Source: an uncultured Acidobacteriota bacterium (GTDB taxonomy: Bacteria; Acidobacteriota; Vicinamibacteria; Vicinamibacterales; JAKQTR01). Taken from it: 64,000 bases of DNA. The position numbers and the translations under genes were made by a program. Under the pieces are notes generated by a model. The model did no database searches. It was not told where the DNA came from and saw only the letters and a list, made by a program, of their open reading frames with translations. Location of the stretch: contig CAWEJS010000001.1 in NCBI GenBank assembly GCA_963809475.1, forward strand, positions 1,818,125 through 1,882,124. The letters run 5' to 3'. Positions 15,820-26,108 of the stretch are shown piece after piece (positions within the stretch are counted from its first letter, which is position 1; each line of letters begins with the position of its first letter).

Positions 15820-17301
15820 ATGAAACCAGACAACGCCGCGCGCACGAGCGAGTACGAGCCGGTCATCGGCCTCGAGGTGCACGCGCAGCTCGCCACCGCG
15901 AGCAAGATGTTCTGCGCGTGCGCGACGCGCGTCGGAGCGGTCCCGAACTCCCAGACTTGTCCGACCTGCCTCGGGCTGCCGGGGGCGCTGCCCGTCGTCA
16001 ACGCCCGCGCGATCGATCTCGGCGCGCGGACCGCGCTGGCGCTCGGGTGCGTCGTCGCGGAGCGGTCCGTGTTCGCCCGGAAGAACTACTTCTATCCCGA
16101 CCTGCCCAAGGGGTACCAGATCACCCAGTACGACGAGCCGCTCGCGACCGGCGGGACGCTCGCCTGGTCGTCCGGCGGGCGCGCTCACGCGGTCCGCGTG
16201 GTCCGGGTGCATCTCGAGGAGGACGCGGGCAAGTCGTTCCACGAGGGGTTCGAGGATTCCGCGGCGTCGGCGTACGTGGATTTCAACCGGAGCGGCGTAC
16301 CGCTCGTCGAGATCGTCACGGGCCCGGACCTCGCGTCGCCGTCGGACGCCGCCGAGTTCGCGCGCCGGCTGCGCGCGATCCTCGTCGCGGTGGGCGCCTC
16401 CGAGGCGAACATGGAGGAGGGCGGGCTGCGGTGCGACGCGAACATCTCCGTCCGGCGCCGGGGTGACGCGGGCCTCGGCGCGCGCACCGAGATCAAGAAC
16501 CTCAACTCGTTCCGCGCGCTGCAGCATGCCCTCGAGCACGAGTTCGCGCGGCAGGCGGGCATCCTCGCGGCAGGAGGCGCCGTCGCCCCGGAAACGCGCC
16601 TGTGGGACGACCAGGCCGGCCGCACCGTGCCGATGCGGACGAAGGAGGAGTCCGAGGACTACCGCTACTTCCCCGAGCCGGATCTGCTGCCGCTCGTGAT
16701 CTCGCGCGACCGCCTGAACCAGCTCCGGGCCGGCTTGCCCGAACTGCCGGACGCGCGCCGCGCCCGCCTGGCGTCGCGCTACGGACTGGACGAGGACGAT
16801 GCCGAAGGCGTGGCAGGCACGCCCGGCCTCACGCGTTTCTTCGAGGCCGCCGCAGCGTCCTCGGGCGACCCGGGGGCGGCGTGCCGCTGGATTCGCGGAG
16901 AACTCGCGAGGCGCGTGTCGGACGCCGGCCTCGCGATGGACACGCCGCCGATCACGCCCGAGGCCCTCGGCCGCCTGATCCGGATGGTGGCGGCGGGCAC
17001 CGTGTCCGTCTCGGCGGCAAAGGAGATCCTGGGGCGCATGGTCGCCACCGGAGACGCGCCCGACGCGATCGCCGCCGCGGATGGCCTGCTGCAGGAGTCC
17101 GGCGTCGCCGCGCTCGAGGTCCTCGTGGCGGACACGCTGGTCCGGCACCCGGACCTGGTGTCGCAGTACCGGGCGGGGAAGCGTGCCGTCGCCGGGTTCC
17201 TCGTCGGACAAGTCATGAAGGCGAGCGGCGGACGCGCGAACCCCGCGATGGTCGACCGGATGGTCCGCGCGCGGCTCGACGCGGGCCCGCCATCGTCCTG
17301 A
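15820..17301 (+). CDS. gatB: Asp-tRNA(Asn)/Glu-tRNA(Gln) amidotransferase subunit B
   Basis: YEPVIGLEVHAQL, CPTCLGLPGALPVVN, YFYPDLPKGYQITQ and a C-terminal YqeY-like tail. Length is 493 aa. Confidence 0.96.
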   Translation: MKPDNAARTSEYEPVIGLEVHAQLATASKMFCACATRVGAVPNSQTCPTCLGLPGALPVVNARAIDLGARTALALGCVVAERSVFARKNYFYPDLPKGYQITQYDEPLATGGTLAWSSGGRAHAVRVVRVHLEEDAGKSFHEGFEDSAASAYVDFNRSGVPLVEIVTGPDLASPSDAAEFARRLRAILVAVGASEANMEEGGLRCDANISVRRRGDAGLGARTEIKNLNSFRALQHALEHEFARQAGILAAGGAVAPETRLWDDQAGRTVPMRTKEESEDYRYFPEPDLLPLVISRDRLNQLRAGLPELPDARRARLASRYGLDEDDAEGVAGTPGLTRFFEAAAASSGDPGAACRWIRGELARRVSDAGLAMDTPPITPEALGRLIRMVAAGTVSVSAAKEILGRMVATGDAPDAIAAADGLLQESGVAALEVLVADTLVRHPDLVSQYRAGKRAVAGFLVGQVMKASGGRANPAMVDRMVRARLDAGPPSS

Positions 17302-17347
17302 GCGCGTCCGATCGCCATGCTATACTCGCGAGCGAAATCAAGCTGCC

Positions 17348-18007
17348 GTGATTGAGACGTCGCACCTCTCGAAGATGTACGGACGGGGCATCTACGCCCT
17401 GCGCGACGTGTCCCTCACCGTCGAGAAGGGAGAGTTCGTGTTCCTGACCGGGCCGAGCGGCGCCGGCAAGTCCACGCTGCTCCGGCTGCTGCTGCGCCAG
17501 GAACTGCCCACCGAGGGCAAGGTGAGCGTCGCCGGGCGCGACCTGGCGAAGTTGTCGGCCGGCCAGGCGCAGTCGTACCGGCGGGGCCTCGGCTTCGTCT
17601 TCCAGGACTTCAAGCTGATCCCGGCGAAGACCGTCCTCGAGAACGTCGCGCTGGTGCCCCGCGCGCTCGGCGCCACGTCGGTCCAGCAGCAGCGCCGCAC
17701 GTTCCAGGTGCTGAAGTGGCTTGGCCTGCAGCACCGGATGAACGCCTATCCCCTCGAACTCTCGGGCGGCGAACAGCAGCGGGTCGCCATCGCGCGCTCG
17801 CTCGTCAACGAGCCGGCCCTCATCCTCGCAGACGAGCCGACGGGCAATCTCGACCCGGATCTCTCGCTCGAGATCATGAATCTCTTCCGCGACATCAACG
17901 CGCGCGGCACCACCGTGCTCGTGGCGACGCACGATCGGGAACTGATGCGGCACGTGGGGCGGCGGATGATCGCGCTGGATCACGGCCGCCTGGTGGACGC
18001 GGCGTAG
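17348..18007 (+). CDS. ftsE: Cell division ATP-binding protein FtsE
   Basis: Walker [10 protein letters not shown], signature [14 protein letters not shown] and Walker [12 protein letters not shown]. The gene is followed by ftsX and has a GTG start. Confidence 0.92.
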   Translation: MIETSHLSKMYGRGIYALRDVSLTVEKGEFVFLTGPSGAGKSTLLRLLLRQELPTEGKVSVAGRDLAKLSAGQAQSYRRGLGFVFQDFKLIPAKTVLENVALVPRALGATSVQQQRRTFQVLKWLGLQHRMNAYPLELSGGEQQRVAIARSLVNEPALILADEPTGNLDPDLSLEIMNLFRDINARGTTVLVATHDRELMRHVGRRMIALDHGRLVDAA

Positions 18008-18013
18008 GCGGGC

Positions 18014-18907
18014 ATGACGCTGCACTGGTTCACGTACTGTTTCGACGAAGCGGCCGGCAGCCTGTGGCGCCGGCGGGGCTCGGCTGCCTTCTCGGTGCTG
18101 ACCATCGCCGCGGCGCTCCTCGTCCTCGGCGGCTTCCTGCTCGTGACCGTGAACCTCGACCGCGCGATCTCGAAGTGGAGCGCCGCCGCCGAGTTCTCGA
18201 TCTATCTGCGCGACGACATCACCGAGGACCAACGCGTGGCGCTGAACGCGCTGCTCGCCAGGCACCCCGCCGTCGCCGCGCGCGACTTCGTGTCGAAGGC
18301 TGACGCGGCGGGGCGGTTCAAGCGGGACTTCCCGGATCTCGCGGCGGGCCTCGCGGACCTGCCCCAGAACCCGCTGCCCGCGTCGGTCGAGGTGCGGCTG
18401 CGGGCGGGGCGGACCGATGGGGCGACAATCGAGGCGTTCGCCCGCCAGCTGCAGGCGGCGCCGGGCGTGGCCGACGTGCGCTTCGACCGCCGCTGGCTGG
18501 AACGGCTCGGCGGGATCGTGACCGGCCTGCGATGGGCGGGGTGGATCCTGGGCGGCGTCCTGATCGTCGCGGCCATCCTGACCGCGGCCACCGTCGTGCG
18601 CCTCGCCCTGCACGCCCGGCGCGACGAGCTCGAGATCATGCAGCTCATGGGCGCGCCGATCAGCCTGCTCCGCGGCCCGTTCGTGGTCGAAGGGCTGCTG
18701 CAGGGCGGAGCCGGGGCCATCGTCGCGCTCGTGGTGCTGTACGGGATCTACGTCGTCGTGCGCGCGCAGTTCGCCGCCGCGCTCGGAGCGGGCGTGGACC
18801 CGGCGCTCGTCGGGTTCCTGCCAGCCGGCGTCTCAGCCCTGCTCGTCGCCGGCGGGATGGCGGTCGGGTGCGCGGGCGGGTACGTGGCCGCGCGGCAGGT
18901 GCGTTGA
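18014..18907 (+). CDS. ftsX: Permease-like cell division protein FtsX
   Basis: It has 4 TM segments and a periplasmic loop after TM1. The conserved stretch is RRDELEIMQLMGAP. Confidence 0.9.
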   Translation: MTLHWFTYCFDEAAGSLWRRRGSAAFSVLTIAAALLVLGGFLLVTVNLDRAISKWSAAAEFSIYLRDDITEDQRVALNALLARHPAVAARDFVSKADAAGRFKRDFPDLAAGLADLPQNPLPASVEVRLRAGRTDGATIEAFARQLQAAPGVADVRFDRRWLERLGGIVTGLRWAGWILGGVLIVAAILTAATVVRLALHARRDELEIMQLMGAPISLLRGPFVVEGLLQGGAGAIVALVVLYGIYVVVRAQFAAALGAGVDPALVGFLPAGVSALLVAGGMAVGCAGGYVAARQVR

Positions 18908-18968
18908 CAGCGGCACGGGGCGGCACTACACTGACATTCGAGTTGCACCTGCGCCGTCTGAGGGGGCC

Positions 18969-19262
18969 ATGCCGAGTGCGATTACCAGAGAAGACTCTGC
19001 GTCTGCGTGTCCCTGCACGACCATCCTCGCTGACTTCTACCGCGAAGAGTTCCTGAAACGCCAGGCGCAGCTGCGTCTCCAGCGCGAGTACTTCTCCGAG
19101 CGCGCGGTGGCCAGCGCCGAGGCCGCCCTGGATCGCATCCTCGCGCACATGGAGACGCTGTGCGCGATGGATCACGCGGACGAACTGGTCAGCCGCCTGC
19201 TCCGCTGCTTCGACGCCGTCACGGGCGGCTCGGATATCGCCGACCCGAAGAAGGTCCACTGA
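18969..19262 (+). CDS. Hypothetical small helical protein
   Basis: 97-aa ORF with strong third-position GC bias and balanced composition. No family recognised. Its 3' part overlaps the annotated 5' end of the next gene. Confidence 0.5.
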   Translation: MPSAITREDSASACPCTTILADFYREEFLKRQAQLRLQREYFSERAVASAEAALDRILAHMETLCAMDHADELVSRLLRCFDAVTGGSDIADPKKVH

Positions 19263-20575
19263 ATCTCCCGCTCGCCGCGCTTCGTGCCGACGCGCTGGCG
19301 GTCTCGCAGGCCGCCATTGCGGCGGTGGACGCCGGCGCATGCGTCGCTCGCGCGCTGCCGTCGCTTCGAGCAGCGCTCGCCCCCGCACGAACGTGGCGCC
19401 TGATTGCGGCGGGCAAGGCGGCCGGGCCGATGACGCGCGCGTGCCTCGCCGGAGTGCCGCGGCCGCCGCTCGGCGCGATGGCCGTGGCGCCCGCGTGGCC
19501 GCTGGGCGTGCCGCCCGGCGTCGAGGGATTCACGGGCGGCCACCCGACCCCGAACGAGGGCAGTCTCGCCGCCGGGCGCCGCGCGCTCGAACTCGCGGCG
19601 GAATCGGGCGGCGACGACATCCTCGTGGTGCTGCTGTCAGGCGGGGCGTCGGCGCTCATGGAACAGCCCGCCGACGGGCTCGTGCTCGGGGACCTGCAGG
19701 CGGCGACGGCCCATCTCCTTCGAGCCGGCGCGGACATCACCGCGCTGAACGCCGTCCGCAAGCACCTGTCGCTCGTGAAGGGCGGCCGCCTCGCAGCGGC
19801 GAATCGCGGCCGGACGATCGCACTGGCCATCTCCGACGTCGTCGGCGACGACCTCTCCGTGATCGCGTCGGGACCGACGGTCGGCGATCCGTCGAGCTAC
19901 GCCGATGCGCTCGGCGTGCTGGCGCGCTTCGGCGGTCCCGGGGTGGTGCCCGACGCGGTGCGGCGGGCCCTCGAGGCCGGCGCCGGCGGGGCGCGGCCGG
20001 AAACGCCGAAGCCCGGTTCCGGCGCGCTCAGCCGCGCGACGACGACGATCGTCGGCGCGGCGGCGGATGCCCTCCAGGTCGCCCGCCGTCACGCCCAGGC
20101 GCTGGGGTACGATGTCCGCGTCGATGCGGCGCCCAACGTCGGCGAGGCGCGAGCGGCCGCGGCGGTGTTCGCGGCGGCACTGACGGCGCGCGCGGCGGAG
20201 GTCGCGCGCCCGGTGTGCCTGCTCTCGAGCGGGGAGACCACGGTGACGGTGCGCGGCCGGGGCCGCGGCGGGCGCAACCAGGAGTTCGCGCTCGCCCTGA
20301 GCCGTCCGCTGGCGGCGCTCGGCATCCCCGCGCTCGTCGCGAGCGTCGGAACCGACGGCATCGACGGCCCGACGGACGCCGCCGGCGCCCTGGTCGATTC
20401 GACGACGGCCGCCCGCGCAGCCGCCGCAGGCCTGGCGCCCCCGGAGGCCTACTTGGACGACAATGACGCGTACGAGTTCTTCCGAGCGCTCGGTGACCTG
20501 ATCGTGACCGGGCCGACCGGCACGAACGTCGGCGACATCCAGGTCGCGATGCTGCTCCCCGGGGGCGAGACATGA
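19160..20575 (+). CDS. Glycerate 2-kinase / hydroxypyruvate reductase-like protein (DUF4147 + MOFRL)
   Basis: LRADALAVSQAAIAAVD N-terminus, GKAAGPM, GGHPTPNEGS, LLSGGASAL, GGETTV and GGRNQE motifs. The conserved family N-terminus begins near 19258, where no canonical start codon exists. The ATG at 19160 gives a 33-aa Arg-rich extension. Confidence 0.85.
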   Translation: MRDGSRGRTGQPPAPLLRRRHGRLGYRRPEEGPLNLPLAALRADALAVSQAAIAAVDAGACVARALPSLRAALAPARTWRLIAAGKAAGPMTRACLAGVPRPPLGAMAVAPAWPLGVPPGVEGFTGGHPTPNEGSLAAGRRALELAAESGGDDILVVLLSGGASALMEQPADGLVLGDLQAATAHLLRAGADITALNAVRKHLSLVKGGRLAAANRGRTIALAISDVVGDDLSVIASGPTVGDPSSYADALGVLARFGGPGVVPDAVRRALEAGAGGARPETPKPGSGALSRATTTIVGAAADALQVARRHAQALGYDVRVDAAPNVGEARAAAAVFAAALTARAAEVARPVCLLSSGETTVTVRGRGRGGRNQEFALALSRPLAALGIPALVASVGTDGIDGPTDAAGALVDSTTAARAAAAGLAPPEAYLDDNDAYEFFRALGDLIVTGPTGTNVGDIQVAMLLPGGET

Positions 20576-20976
20576 AACTGACCGTGAAGGGATTCATCGC
20601 TCTGATGGCCGCGCTGCTGCTGGCGGTGCTGGGCGGATGGATGTGGGGCGCGGTCGACCACGCCCGCACCGACAACGCGCTGGTGCAGGCCGGGGTCGGA
20701 CTGCACGTGGCCGCCGCGCGCGCCCGCATGCTGGAGGCCCGCGTCGACCTGTTCGAGGTGAATTTCGGCAACGCTTCGCGGCACCTCGAGGCGGCGCGTG
20801 GCGATCTGAAGGCGGCGGCGCAGTCGTTCGACCGGCTGGGGCGCACGAGGGACGCCGAGGCCATGCGGAACGCGCTGGCGCGGGTCGATGACGCGCAGCA
20901 GATGACACGCAAGCTCGACCAGACTGCCAACGCCAGGCTGGCCGAGGCGATCGACCTCCTGCCGAAGACCCCGTGA
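20572..20976 (+). CDS. Hypothetical membrane-anchored helical protein
   Basis: It has an N-terminal TM segment (FIALMAALLLAVLGGWMW) followed by a helical Ala/Arg-rich region. ATGA-type overlaps occur at both ends. Confidence 0.6.
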   Translation: MKLTVKGFIALMAALLLAVLGGWMWGAVDHARTDNALVQAGVGLHVAAARARMLEARVDLFEVNFGNASRHLEAARGDLKAAAQSFDRLGRTRDAEAMRNALARVDDAQQMTRKLDQTANARLAEAIDLLPKTP

Positions 20977-23210
20977 CGCGCGACGCGCTCCTCCGCTCGC
21001 TCGAATCCGTCCTGTCACGCCCGGCGTCGGCTCGGGAGCTGCTGCAGGCGCTGAAGGTCCCTCGAGAAGCCCGCGTGACGTTCCGGCGCCAGCTCCGCGC
21101 GCTCGCGCTCGATGGCGCGATCGTCCAGGTGCGCGGCCACCGCTACGCGCTGCCGGGAAAGGCCGACGTCATCGTCGGCGTGCTGCAGGTGCATCCGGAC
21201 GGGTACGGGTTCGTCACGCCGGAGCACGCGGCCGGTGCCGGCGACGTCCACGTGTCCCGGGCGGGCCTCAAGGACGCCATGCACGGCGACCGCGTGGCCG
21301 TCCGGGCCGTCCGCCAGCGCGGCGGGGAGCGGTTCGAGGGCCGCATCAGCCGAATCCTCGATCGCGGATCCGGGCGGGTGGTCGGCGAGGTCCGGATGGC
21401 CGGCGCCGGCCGGGTCGAGGTGGTTCCGCACGAGCGGCGGCTGCTGCAGCGGATCAGCGTGCCGCCAGGCGAGTCGCGCGGGGCCGCCGCCGGCGACCTG
21501 GTCGAAACGGAGATCACCAGGTGGCCGACCGCCACGCGGGGCCCGGTGGGCCGCGTGACGGAGGTCTTCGGTCCGATCGACGCGCCCGGGGTCGACACGA
21601 CGGTCATCCTCCGCACGCATGGCATCGGCGAGCAGCATGGGCCCGCGGCCGTTGCGGAGGCCCGGTGGCTCGGCACGGAGGTGCGACCGGCGGATCTGGA
21701 GGGCCGGAGAGACTTCCGTGGCGAGTCCATCGTCACCATCGACGGCGAGGATGCGCGGGATTTCGACGACGCCGTGTCGGTGGAGGCGCTCCCGGGCGGC
21801 GGCTACAGGCTCGGCGTGCACATCGCCGACGTCGCCCACTACGTGCGGCCGGGCAGCGCCCTCGACGCGGAGGCCCTGGAGCGCGGGACGTCCGTGTACT
21901 TTCCGGATCGGGCCGTGCACATGTTTCCGGCGGAGCTGGCCACGGGCCTCTGCAGCCTGCGCGAGGGCGCCGACCGCCTGGTGCAGTCGTGCATCATGGA
22001 GGTCGATGGCCGAGGCGGCGTCGCGCACTATGAGTTCCACGACGGCGTCATTCGCAGCCGCGCGCGCCTCACCTACACGGAGGTGAACGCCATCCTGACC
22101 CGGCAGGACGCCGACGCGGCCGCGCCCCGCGCGGCGCTGGTGCCGATGCTCGAGCGCATGCGCGGGCTCTACGAGATCCTGCGCGAGCGCCGGCGCCGCC
22201 GGGGGTCTATCGACTTCGACTTGCCCGAATCCCAGATCGTGTTCGACGAAGAAGGGCAGGTGGCCGCGATCACCGCGTTGGAACGCAACGTCGCGCACCG
22301 CCTGATCGAGGAGTTCATGCTGCTCGCCAACGAGACCGTCGCCGGCGACCTCGAGCGGCGCGGCATCCCGGCGATCTACCGCATTCACGAGGCGCCCGAC
22401 CCGGCCAAGGTCGATGCCTTCGCGGCGTTCGTGTCCACGCTGGGGTACCGCCTGGACGCGGACGGCGCGGCCGTGCGGCCGCGCGACTTCCAGGCACTCC
22501 TGGACCGCATCGCCGGAAGCCCGGTGGAAAGACCCGTCGGGTTCCTGATGCTGCGCACCATGCAGCAGGCCCGGTACGACACGCGCAACGCCGGCCATTT
22601 CGGCCTCGCGGCGCCGGCGTACACGCACTTCACGTCGCCGATCCGCCGGTATCCCGACCTCGCCGTGCACCGGCTGCTGCGGGAATCACGCCGCGGGCCG
22701 CTCGCCGACGCGAGGCGCGACCGCCTCGACGAGGAACTGCCGGAGGTCGCACGGCACGCCTCCGAGCGCGAGCGCAGGGCGGTGGACGCCGAGCGGGCGC
22801 TCGTCCAGTGGAAGAAGGTCCGCTTCATGGCGGACAAGGTGGGGGAGGAGTTCGATGGCTACGTGACCGGCGTCAGCGCGTTCGGCCTGTTCGTCGAACT
22901 GGTCGAGCCCTTCGTCGAGGGCCTGGTGCACGTCTCCACGATGGCCGACGACGACTATCGCTACGTTGAGGCCGCCCACGCGATGCACGGTGCGCGCACG
23001 CGCACGGTGTACAGGCTCGGCGACCGGGTTCGGGCTCGCGTGCTGCGGGTGGACGCCGATCGCCGCCTCGTCGACCTCGGGCTGGTGGAACACCTCGAGG
23101 CGGAGCGGGGAGCCGGTCCCCGCCGTGCGCCCGCCGCCGCCCGGCCGAAGCGGGCGTCCGATCGCCGCCGCCACACGCCGAGGCAGCCCTCGCGCGGCCG
23201 CCGGCGGTGA
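20973..23210 (+). CDS. rnr: Ribonuclease R
   Basis: N-terminal wHTH and cold-shock-like region, an RNB domain ([45 protein letters not shown]), an S1 domain ([15 protein letters not shown]) and a basic C-tail. Confidence 0.96.
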   Translation: MTRDALLRSLESVLSRPASARELLQALKVPREARVTFRRQLRALALDGAIVQVRGHRYALPGKADVIVGVLQVHPDGYGFVTPEHAAGAGDVHVSRAGLKDAMHGDRVAVRAVRQRGGERFEGRISRILDRGSGRVVGEVRMAGAGRVEVVPHERRLLQRISVPPGESRGAAAGDLVETEITRWPTATRGPVGRVTEVFGPIDAPGVDTTVILRTHGIGEQHGPAAVAEARWLGTEVRPADLEGRRDFRGESIVTIDGEDARDFDDAVSVEALPGGGYRLGVHIADVAHYVRPGSALDAEALERGTSVYFPDRAVHMFPAELATGLCSLREGADRLVQSCIMEVDGRGGVAHYEFHDGVIRSRARLTYTEVNAILTRQDADAAAPRAALVPMLERMRGLYEILRERRRRRGSIDFDLPESQIVFDEEGQVAAITALERNVAHRLIEEFMLLANETVAGDLERRGIPAIYRIHEAPDPAKVDAFAAFVSTLGYRLDADGAAVRPRDFQALLDRIAGSPVERPVGFLMLRTMQQARYDTRNAGHFGLAAPAYTHFTSPIRRYPDLAVHRLLRESRRGPLADARRDRLDEELPEVARHASERERRAVDAERALVQWKKVRFMADKVGEEFDGYVTGVSAFGLFVELVEPFVEGLVHVSTMADDDYRYVEAAHAMHGARTRTVYRLGDRVRARVLRVDADRRLVDLGLVEHLEAERGAGPRRAPAAARPKRASDRRRHTPRQPSRGRRR

Positions 23211-23214
23211 TGCC

Positions 23215-25173
23215 GTGAAGCACATCGTCGTCGGCACCGCCGGCCACATCGACCACGGCAAGAGCAGCCTCGTGCAGGCGCTGACCGGTACCGATCCCGA
23301 CCGGCTGAGCGAGGAGAAGGCCCGCGGCATCACCATCGACCTGGGGTTCGCCCACTGGGATGCGCCCGGGCTGAGCGTGTCCTTCGTGGACGTGCCCGGC
23401 CACGAGCGCTTCGTCAAGAACATGCTCGCCGGCGCCGGCGGAATCGATGCGGTCCTGCTGGTGGTCGCGGCCGACGAGTCGGTCATGCCGCAGACGCGCG
23501 AGCACTTCGAGATCTGCCGGCTGCTGCACGTGCCAGCCGGCATCGTGGCGGTCACGAAGATCGACCTCGTCGAGGCGGAGATGATCGATCTCGTGCGCGC
23601 CGACGTGCAGGAGCTCGTGCGCGGCTCGTTCCTGGACGGTGCGCCTGTCGTCCCGGTGTCGGCCCTGACCGGGGCGGGCCTGGACCATCTCCGGGCGCAG
23701 CTCGAAACGGTCGGACGCGAGGCCATCGCGCGGCGCTCCGACGGCCCGACCAGGCTACCCATCGACCGGGTGTTCTCGATGAAGGGCTTCGGCACGGTGG
23801 TGACGGGCACCCTCGTGTCCGGCGAGCTCGCCGTTGACACGGCGGCGATCGTGCTGCCGGGCGGCCGAGCGGTGAAGATCCGTGGCGTGCAGGTACACGG
23901 GCGCCGCGAAGAACGCGCCGTCGCCGGCCAGCGGGTCGCGGCGAACCTCGCTGGGGTGGACACGTCCGACCTCGCCAGGGGCCAGACGCTGACCTCGCCC
24001 GGCGCGTTCGCGCCGACCCGCGTGATCGACGCGCGGGTCGAATTGATCGAATCGGCCAGGCCGCTGCGCCACGGCGCGCGAGTCAGGTTCCACCAGGGAA
24101 CCAGCGAGACCCTCGGGCGGGTCGCGCTCTCGTCCGTCGTCGGCGACGCGGGCGCGCGCACGCCTGTCACGGCGTCCGCGATCGACGTGCCGCCCGGCGG
24201 ATCGGGATACGTCCGCCTCCGCCTCGAAGCGCCCGTCGTGGTCACGCGGGGCGACCGCCTCATCATTCGCGCGTACTCGCCGCCCGACACCATCGGCGGC
24301 GGTATCGTGCTGGATCCGCATCCGCCGAGGGGAGGCATCAGGACGGACGCGGGCCGCGCGCGATTCCGCGAACTCGACCCGGCGACCTCGCGCGACCCGG
24401 ACGTCGCGGCCGAGCGGGCGGTGCTGTTGATGGCAGGCGAGGCGGCGGGCGCGGGCGTGCCCGTCGCGGCGCTGTCGAGCCGCGTCGGCCTGCCGGGGCC
24501 GAGCGCCACCCGGGTCGTGGACGCCCTCGAGCGGTCCGGCCGTCTGACCGTTGTCGGCGCGACGCTCGTCGGCTCGGCGACGCTCGCGGCGCTCGCCGAT
24601 CGTCTCGTGGCGATCGCCGGTGAGTACCACCGCGCGTTCCCGCTCGAGGCCGGGATTCCGCGGGAAGAAGCGCGCGAGCGGTTGTTCGCGCGCGCCGCGC
24701 CCGGCGTGTTCGAGCACGTGATCGACCGCCTCGTGCGCGCCCGGCTCATCATCGCGACCGACCGCCTCGCGATGGAGGCCCACCGCATCGATGACGGCGG
24801 CGCCGACGCCGCGGCCCGCGACGCCATCCTGCGCCAGTACCTCGACGGCGGGCTCCGGCCGCCGGATCAGGGCTCGCTCGCGGGCACCCTGGGCCTGGCC
24901 GCGCCCTCCGTGGCCGCCATCGTGGCGCTGCTCGTGCGGCAACGGGCCCTGGTGCGCGTCGAGGCCCTCGTGTTCCACGAGTCGGCCCTCAGGCAGCTGA
25001 AAGACGACGTGCGGGCCCTGAAGGCGGCTTCGCCCGGCGCGACGGTCGCGCTGGACGTGGCGGCGTTCAAGGAGCGCTACGGCGTCACGCGGAAGTACGC
25101 GATTCCCCTGCTGGAATACCTGGACCGGGAGCGTGTGACACGGCGGGTGGGTGAGAGCCGCGTCGTGATCTAG
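23215..25173 (+). CDS. selB: Selenocysteine-specific translation elongation factor SelB
   Basis: GTPase motifs are [16 protein letters not shown] and TKIDL. Beta-barrel domains follow, then C-terminal winged-helix repeats ending in [26 protein letters not shown]. The GTG start lies 5 nt after the rnr stop. Confidence 0.9.
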   Translation: MKHIVVGTAGHIDHGKSSLVQALTGTDPDRLSEEKARGITIDLGFAHWDAPGLSVSFVDVPGHERFVKNMLAGAGGIDAVLLVVAADESVMPQTREHFEICRLLHVPAGIVAVTKIDLVEAEMIDLVRADVQELVRGSFLDGAPVVPVSALTGAGLDHLRAQLETVGREAIARRSDGPTRLPIDRVFSMKGFGTVVTGTLVSGELAVDTAAIVLPGGRAVKIRGVQVHGRREERAVAGQRVAANLAGVDTSDLARGQTLTSPGAFAPTRVIDARVELIESARPLRHGARVRFHQGTSETLGRVALSSVVGDAGARTPVTASAIDVPPGGSGYVRLRLEAPVVVTRGDRLIIRAYSPPDTIGGGIVLDPHPPRGGIRTDAGRARFRELDPATSRDPDVAAERAVLLMAGEAAGAGVPVAALSSRVGLPGPSATRVVDALERSGRLTVVGATLVGSATLAALADRLVAIAGEYHRAFPLEAGIPREEARERLFARAAPGVFEHVIDRLVRARLIIATDRLAMEAHRIDDGGADAAARDAILRQYLDGGLRPPDQGSLAGTLGLAAPSVAAIVALLVRQRALVRVEALVFHESALRQLKDDVRALKAASPGATVALDVAAFKERYGVTRKYAIPLLEYLDRERVTRRVGESRVVI

Positions 25174-25322
25174 TCGTGCTTGTCCTTGCCCTCGCTCGTC
25201 GCTTCCTTGAAGTTGCGGATCGCCCGGCCGATGCCCTTTCCAAGGTCCGGGAGCCGGTTCGCCCCGAACACCAGGATGATGATGGCAAGAATGACGAGCA
25301 GTTCGGGCAGCCCTAGATTCAT
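25170..25322 (-). CDS. tatA: Twin-arginine translocase subunit TatA/E
   Basis: My translation of the minus strand is [50 protein letters not shown] (50 aa). It is below the ORF-track length cut-off. Its stop shares the CTAG with the selB stop. Confidence 0.85.
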   Translation of the reverse strand: MNLGLPELLVILAIIILVFGANRLPDLGKGIGRAIRNFKEATSEGKDKHD

Positions 25323-25455
25323 GAGTGGATTGTAGCACTCTCTGCGCCCGGCCGTTAGGGCGCCCGGTTCAGGCTTCGCGCTTGAAGCCGTCGCTTCCAG
25401 AGCATAGAGTGAGCAGAGCCCGCGCGTTCAGCGGGAACGGGATCGGGGTGGCGGG

Positions 25456-25914
25456 ATGGCTCAAGACGAAGCGGCGCTCTTCACGGTGGGCGTGTTCAAG
25501 GACATCACCTGGGCTGAGCGCGGAATCGACGCGCTGAAGAAGCAGGGTTTCACGCCGGAAATGATGACCGTGGGGGGGAAGTCCTCCCCCGAACTGGCGG
25601 CCTTCATCGAGCGCGTGCTGGGTGGGGCGCCCCAATCCTGGTCGCTGCCGATCATTGGGGAGGCGCTCGCGCGCGGGTCGCTCGCGGACGCCCTGGACGG
25701 GCCCGCACGGGACCTCGGCCGGATCGGGATCGCGGCGGCCATCCGCCGCGCGGGGTTCCAGCCCCACGACGGACAGATCTTCGAGGCGCTCGTCGAGAAG
25801 GGGGGCGTGCTCGTGGCCGTGCGCGACGCGCCCCGGGCGGCCGACGCCCTCTCGGTGCTGCTCTCCTACGGCGGCGGGAACGCCTCCATCGGTGCATGGG
25901 GGAAGCGAGTCTGA
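25456..25914 (+). CDS. Hypothetical protein (two tandem small alpha/beta modules, general-stress-protein-like)
   Basis: 152-aa ORF with good codon bias. Internal repeat pattern GVF.D...AERGIDALKKQGF / GF..HDGQIFEALVEKGGVLVAV. The family assignment is not secure. Confidence 0.6.
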   Translation: MAQDEAALFTVGVFKDITWAERGIDALKKQGFTPEMMTVGGKSSPELAAFIERVLGGAPQSWSLPIIGEALARGSLADALDGPARDLGRIGIAAAIRRAGFQPHDGQIFEALVEKGGVLVAVRDAPRAADALSVLLSYGGGNASIGAWGKRV

Positions 25915-26108
25915 GGCCCCACCGGCGACCAGCCAGGCGCGTCACATCCCGGTGACATCGCGGCGGCCCCTGCAAGGACATGACGGGCGCGGACTGCGAA
26001 CGGGCGCGGCGAAGTTCGCGCGAATCCGTGCGGCTGATCCGGCATCGCTCTTGCACTTGCGGATCTTCGGCCAACGCGCGACAATTGTTTGTACCGGGTC
26101 CATTGTCC

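Noticed and set aside
22686-24827. Very long ORFs antisense to real genes, including 22686..24827 (713 aa), 47945..50464 (839 aa), 32366..34597 (743 aa), 61669..63927 (752 aa), 44278..45996 (572 aa), 6386..7651 and 53157..54632
   Set aside because: Their translations are dominated by Arg, Pro, Ala and Gly and contain no recognisable motifs. Each lies opposite a gene with clear family signatures. Stop-codon depletion in roughly 70% GC DNA produces such shadow ORFs routinely.
25333-25340. TAGCACTC CIRCE half-site upstream of tatA
   Set aside because: The required inverted partner GAGTGCTAA is absent 9 nt downstream, where the sequence reads GGCCGTTAG. This is only a chance half-site.
25372-25398. 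Minus-strand GGAAGCGACGGCTTCAAGCGCGAAGCC resembles the 5' end of tRNA-Sec (GGAAG...) and contains TCA, close to selB
   Set aside because: The TCA lies inside a simple 6-bp hairpin stem, not in a 7-nt anticodon loop. There is no T-arm, long variable arm or 8/9-bp acceptor stem, and the region is too short.
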